Part shown: positions 58,176 to 64,000 of the stretch, piece by piece
How the letters are laid out: each line of letters begins with the position of its first letter
Numbering within the stretch: the first letter of the stretch is position 1
Assembly (NCBI GenBank): GCA_965637545.1
Contig: OZ281500.1
Coordinates: 16,802,001 to 16,866,000, forward strand
Direction of reading: 5' to 3'
Source: Phallusia mammillata
Lineage: Eukaryota
Length of the DNA: 64,000 nt
Made by a program: the position numbers and the translations under genes
The notes under the pieces: generated by a model
Databases searched by the model: none
Told to the model about the DNA's origin: nothing
Seen by the model: the letters and a program-made list of their open reading frames with translations, nothing else

Positions 58176-58634
58176 CAGGGTGGCCATTGACATGGACCGC
58201 AAAATAAGAACAATCAAAAAATTAAATTATTACAGGAAACGAAACAAACCTTTATGAACAAAGCATTTGTACGAGCCATGACAAATTTTATTCTATATTT
58301 TTTGCCAGATACAATCTGTCCTAGCAACTCCTTGTTCGTAGAAAATACTTCGTGCATCTCATGACAGCTCAGGTATAGGTTTACTTGTATTTGTAGCAGG
58401 GATTTGACTAAAAAAAACATTCCCACATACGCTTTGATTGAATACCCTATGACGTGCAACTCCCCCGATATATCTTTTATCATGTCACAAAATCTCGGCG
58501 CAGAACATGATTTGGTATTTACGCAACACTGGATTGCATAGGATAAAGATAAAACTTTTGTAATTGTTGAGAAAAGGGCCATATCCCTCAAAACAAGGAC
58601 AAATCGTACAAATAAGGACGGTATGGCAACCCTG
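58176..58634. mobile_element. hAT MITE (CAGGGTTGCCA family); duplicate at 63346-63805
   Basis: TIRs CAGGGTGGCCA / TGGCAACCCTG. Perfect palindromic TSD GCTATAGC. Confidence 0.88.
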
Positions 58635-58703
58635 GCTATAGCCCATTTAAATCCCAATGCCCTATTTTCTTAAAGCAGTGGTTCTCAAACTTTTTTTGTT
58701 GCG

Positions 58704-61700
58704 ATGAAATAAAATAAGAAGTGGTTAGAGCCGTAAGTTTTCCAACATGATTTTACCACATAGCAAACATGATTATTACTTTTGCTGGCTGGTGATTATC
58801 TGTTCTCTGTAACAAAAACTTAAGCATTCTACAGAAAAAAGTAACGAAAAATAATGTCAACAAATCAATATCATTTAATGCCATTATATCTATGATTAAA
58901 TATTTGATAAAGTTGCAATTTCGTCCACAAACTTTAAAAATACCGGAACATTACCTTTATTTCATTCTATTTAATATCAATCGAAAGAGTCAAAAAGTAT
59001 CAGAAAATATGATGATGGTTTTTTAACGCCGTTCCTTTGACTGACATCATTTCACGACAAAAGGCGGCTTACATTTACCAAAATGGTTAGAAAGCCACAG
59101 CCTGTTATTTTGTTTTGTCTTTATGAGGCTCGGTCAACTTTGTTTACAAGTTACCTCCCAGGCCGTGGAAAACGTATTGCCGCATCAGGCGATTAATGAT
59201 TATTAAAACTCGTTTAAATCTGTTTTTTTTCTAATAGGGATTACCACTCGTCATCCAACCGTTCCACCCGCAACGACTAGTTCTGTGCCACCCTCTACCA
59301 ATCGCTCTGTGCCACCTACAACACAAAAGCCTGCATCTGACGGAGATTTTTGCAAAAGCGTGTACAAGGAGGGCAAATGTTCACCTACCGACCAAGGAAC
59401 ATCCTACCGCACGTTGGAAGCACCTGCAAAACATCGGGTCAGCTGCCCTACAAGTAAGAAGCACATGTAATTTGTTTTGTTTGTTTGTACCTGGATAAAG
59501 AGCTCGGTACAACATCAAGCTATTATTCAAAATACACTAAGAACGCAAAAATGCACTTCTGTCAGTGCTTTATTTTTGCCTAATATTTCTTAGTTTTCCT
59601 TATTACCGAAACATTTTTTACTACATCAAAAAATACCAATAAAATAATGAATTGTCTGCCATGAAAACTTCGTTGGTTGACAATTGTTTGTTTTGTGGCT
59701 AACAGTTTAAGGAAAAAGCATGTTTAGGAAAAAATGTTAACACTTCACAGTCATAAAGTAAAACAAATAATTTGACTTCAAACATTGTATCTCCAGTGTC
59801 TTAAGCAAATACAATCTTTATTAAACATGAAAATAATATAGTCATCAAAATCATTTATCGTCCCAAAAGTTCAACTGTTTGGGGGTTTTTTTATTGTATT
59901 TTTCGACAATCAGGCGGCAGTCCGAGAACTGAAAATTGCCCTTTGTCGTTCACGGGATTTGAACCCAGGATACTCCCGGGGACGAAACCCGATCAGGTTT
60001 TGTACATGGGTCAGGCGCGCCAGGCCATTCGGCCAAGTTTCCCGTTTGGTTTTCGTATTGTCAGAATCAGATGTTTTGCAAAAATCTTTGTCAGGAGCGG
60101 GGCAATGTGTCTAAAAGTTTATTTCAATTGTTAACAGAACGAGAAGCCTGCAACGATGGTGAACTGCTGGGGCAGCTGTTTACAGAGAGTTTTTTGGGTC
60201 CGGCAGCGAAGAAAAAGGCTGGCCAAGGTGGTCAAGTGGGTCAAGGGGGCCAAGTCGATTTAGCAGGTAGAACTCATGTGATTGGTTCCCAAGCGAAGCC
60301 GGCCCCGACTCCTAAAATTCCGAAGGGATGCTTTGAATTCAAGAATGCTCAAGGAGAAATAATTACTGGTAGTTGCAACGATGAGAGCGAGTACGTAATT
60401 CCGTCGAGATCAAAACGCTCGGTAAGGACAATTTGTGGTAATAAGTCTTGTGTTTAAAAATAAACATGGTGCTAGCAAAGTTGTTGCATTTGAGTAGGTT
60501 GTAAAACTACTTACATTGTGAAGCTTAGTGTGTGTTTATAGCGTATCAGGAGTTAAGTCTGTTTATAATACATGTGACTAGTAATTGAATGTTCTTGTAG
60601 GTCCCAGTACCTCCACCATTTATCATTCCGACGAGAAGAGATGTTCTGATTATTATGGACGAGAGTGGCAGCGTTGGTGTTACAAACTATCACAAAGTTA
60701 GAAGAATCGCAGCAGCAATTGTTAAATGTAAGTTCAGTACAAGCAAATAGTTAAAAATAGAATAATGCAATTAGGAAGAACTTAAATGCCTAATCATCGC
60801 AATGACCCCAATTTATTTTAATTTTTATTTAAATTTTCTATTCGGTCAAATTTTGGTTACTTGGCGATGCATTTATGTGGAAGGGTAACTTAAAAAAAAA
60901 CATATATGTGTCGGTTCATTTCTGAGCGTTTCTTGCAGGTTTTTAAACATTTTTGCATTTTCCTTGTATATTTCAAACTCACCAAAAAATTCGAAGTGTA
61001 ATGTTGTCTATTTTTTGCGTTCAGTGCTTTGTGGCAATATTCGATACGACCAGAAGCTGACCAGAATTGCGATAATGTCCTTTGACCAGTATTATCACTT
61101 CCACGTCCCCCTGTTCAAATTCTACAGCAATCCAGATGCATTGGCATCATTCATCTTGAACAACATCAAGTTCGTCCTTATATTTTTACTTCTTTTTACC
61201 ACTGCGCCTGAAGTGACACTATTCTTGCATGCATGTACGGCATCACAAAGACGATTTGAATGATTGCGTATAAGTGACAATTGTGTTTGGTGACGTATTA
61301 ATGGACCGATGGTTCGCAGTAAACCAGAGCACTGGCAACAGTTTCCTTTTGGCGCTGTTGCATGTAGAACATTCCAGTAAAATGATAATGCACCTGAAAA
61401 CTACGTTTGTTTTACGTTTTGTCTGCAAACTGTTTTTGCCCAGGTATCATTCCTACTCTGCAGGAAGAACGTGTATGGCAAAGGCCTTACGTTTTGGTTA
61501 CGAAATCATGCTTTCGACTGCTTTGGGAGGCAGAAGAAAAGAATTGGACGTGGAACAGGATATTATTCTCATTACTGACGGGTCGGTAAAGTTACAGCAA
61601 AATTTAAGCCTACTAAGAGCAATTCGCAAACTTGTAGATAAATTATATTCGTTCGACTGTTAGAGCATTGTCCATCAACCCTGAGTTTAAATATACTTTA

Positions 61701-63875
61701 AAAGGGTTTCGTGAGTCCGCGATAATCCCCAATTTGCGAACCTATGTGACCGTTAAAGCAGTGTTTCCCTAAAATAAATATTTCAACTCCAGACTTTTTT
61801 ATTTTATCTTACACTTTCGTTGACTGCGCATATAAGACCTAAAAATTTTAAGAAATATTTCTCTGATAGCAGTTTGCTTTAAACACTTTATCCGTATGCT
61901 CTTCAATGATTGCTTTTTACTGTTATTTGTACTGCAAAATAATGTCACTATTTACTAGATAAATTACCAAGCATGCTGCAAAGTATGTGTGATTAAATGC
62001 GCCAAGGTAACCCCTATTTGCCGTCTTTTTGCAGTTGTGCAAACTGTAGAAAAGGAGGTTCAATTCGGGAAACATTGGAAGCTGTGTCTTACGAAATGAA
62101 AGCAGTTGGAATCCATGTTTACGTTATCGGGATCGCCGTTGGTCGTGGAAGAGATGATTGCAAGAAGAACTTACAGGTACAAGAATTCGTTAATAATTTA
62201 CAAACAACGACTTAGTTCTATCCTGCATATTAATTTCGTTGTACAAACCTCTTTCCAAACGTTCATTTATGTGAATCTATAGCGTGCTGTGGTTGAACAA
62301 AATTCTGTCCGTTGTTGGTAAAATAATATGTATTTTGCATTTTCCGCCAAACTGTTTTTTATTTAAATAGAGCTAATACTTTTCTGAATAGGCTGGTAGC
62401 ATATAATTCATCATAGGCAAAAAGCTAGATCATTAAATTGACTAAAACAAAGTAATACTGTTTTTTCATCTTAAGATGAACATAAATTTATACATCTGGA
62501 TTAGCACCAAAACTTTCATGCAGACCAGCGATCGCGGCACACTCATTTATAAATCATAGTACGCCAAGCCTATTAGGTGTCATGCCGAACCAGTCGGTCA
62601 ATGCGCGTTCTAATAAGGCAAGGCATGGGCTAAAAAGGTAGTATACATACGGTGGGATTCGAATCCACGACATGCGTTATTTCGGGACTCGCGCTCTACC
62701 AACTGAGCAACACAGGCTCGGCGATGAGCCTGATTTTATCAAAGCCGGTTCTTGAACAAAACTATCAAAAACAACAACTAAGATTTTTTAAAACAATTTT
62801 ACTCGAATACAGGTCCTAGCTCAGGGTGGACGTTGCTATCATTTCTTCTATCTTGATCGATGGGATTACGATGTTGACAATTTCCTTCAACAACTCGAGA
62901 AACCTCCTGGCAACCAATGTCTCAACACATTTGAACATCCTCTTGGACTTTGCCTTCCGGCAATTCCAGGTGGATAAATTTCGGAACATACCACCGTTTC
63001 CAGACCAAAGTGCATTTCCCTGATGGTTTAATTTTGCATACATAAACAACTTTTCAATAAATTCGTGTGTGTTATCACTTGGTTTTATGCAAGAAAATCA
63101 GTACGAAAAAATGAACTTTTTGAAACAAAGTTACTCAAATTTTTTGTACTTTTGAATAATCGCATTTTGGTGCAGTCAGCAGGTGTCTTTGTTTTTTGGT
63201 GGGCAAAATTACACAATTACAATGAATGAAAAGTGTAACAGCCACCTGTATGCGGTGAAACCAACTATTCTTTAAATATAGCTGTTATAGAAGGGGCTAA
63301 ACAAAATGCGGCAAAGCTTTCAGCCTTTTTAGCCAATGCTATAGCCAGGGTGGCCATTGACATGGACCGCAAAATAAGAACAATCAAAAAATTAAATTAT
63401 TACAGGAAACGAAACAAACCTTTATGAACAAAGCATTTGTACGAGCCATGACAAATTTTATTCTATATTTTTTGCCAGATACAATCTGTCCTAGCAACTC
63501 CTTGTTCGTAGAAAATACTTCGTGCATCTCATGACAGCTCAGGTATAGGTTTACTTGTATTTGTAGCAGGGATTTGACTAAAAAAAACATTCCCACATAC
63601 GCTTTGATTGAATACCCTATGACGTGCAACTCCCCCGATATATCTTTTATCATGTCACAAAATCTCGGCGCAGAACATGATTTGGTATTTACGCAACACT
63701 GGATTGCAGAGGATAAAGATAAAAACTTTTGTAATTGTTGAGAAAAGGGCCATATCCCTCAAAACAAGGACAAATCGTACAAATAAGGACGGTATGGCAA
63801 CCCTGGCTATAGCCCATTTAAATCCCAATGCCCTATTTTCTTAAAGCAGTGGTTCTCAAACTTTTTTTGTTGCGA
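58704..63875 (+). repeat. Direct tandem duplicate of 53553-58704 (about 5.15 kb, about 99.5% identical by eye)
   Basis: Junction ...GTTGCG|ATGAAATAAAAT at 58704 joins a MITE left end (58676) to vWA intron 1. Confidence 0.9.
59238..62977 (+). CDS. Second vWA cassette, exons 2-8 only (59238-59453, 60138-60421, 60601-60727, 61025-61169, 61444-61581, 62035-62176, 62813-62977); no own signal exon or start
   Basis: All exons are open with intact splice sites. It differs from copy 1 by an in-frame 18-bp indel and a few substitutions. Confidence 0.6.
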
Positions 63876-64000
63876 CGCCTCTGGAAAAATTCCGTTGACT
63901 TGCGACGCACTAGCAAATAAAAGTTAATCAGGAAACTTATTATTAAAGTGGTGTTTATTGATACAACAACATAAAGTCACGAAACGGAACTTTTCTGCGA
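63847..64000. mobile_element. Left end of a hAT MITE running off the window
   Basis: CAGTGGTTCTCAAAC terminus; a truncated copy of the same end lies at 58676-58704. Confidence 0.6.

Overview
This is AT-rich eukaryotic (metazoan) genomic DNA with small GT-AG introns. A tunicate or other invertebrate chordate is likely, but that is inference from gene content, not a database match. About 50 kb is a birth-and-death cluster of collectin-type genes built from signal/Cys exon + Gly-X-Y collagen exons + 45-nt neck exon + two C-type lectin (CRD) exons. There are two subfamilies. Type I: A (3' part only in the window), B (truncated), C (intact, 388 aa), D and G (both frameshifted). Type II: F (intact, 242 aa) plus pseudo-fragments E and E'. 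The cluster was shaped by inverted duplications (B/C tail-to-tail, C/D head-to-head). It carries many 8-bp-TSD hAT MITEs, tRNA-derived SINEs, a Gypsy LTR+gag fragment inside a hAT element, a Penelope GIY-YIG fragment with a candidate hammerhead, and a CR1/L2-group LINE. That LINE is split by a 4.56-kb Mutator/foldback element with satellite-like TIRs that encodes remnants of a transposase, a SWIM finger and a Ulp1 (SUMO-type) protease. The last 11 kb holds an 8-exon secreted single-vWA proprotein gene (428 aa, RSKR furin site, complete MIDAS) followed by a near-identical 5.15-kb tandem copy of exons 2-8. All gene models were spliced by hand from the sequence; no searches were run.
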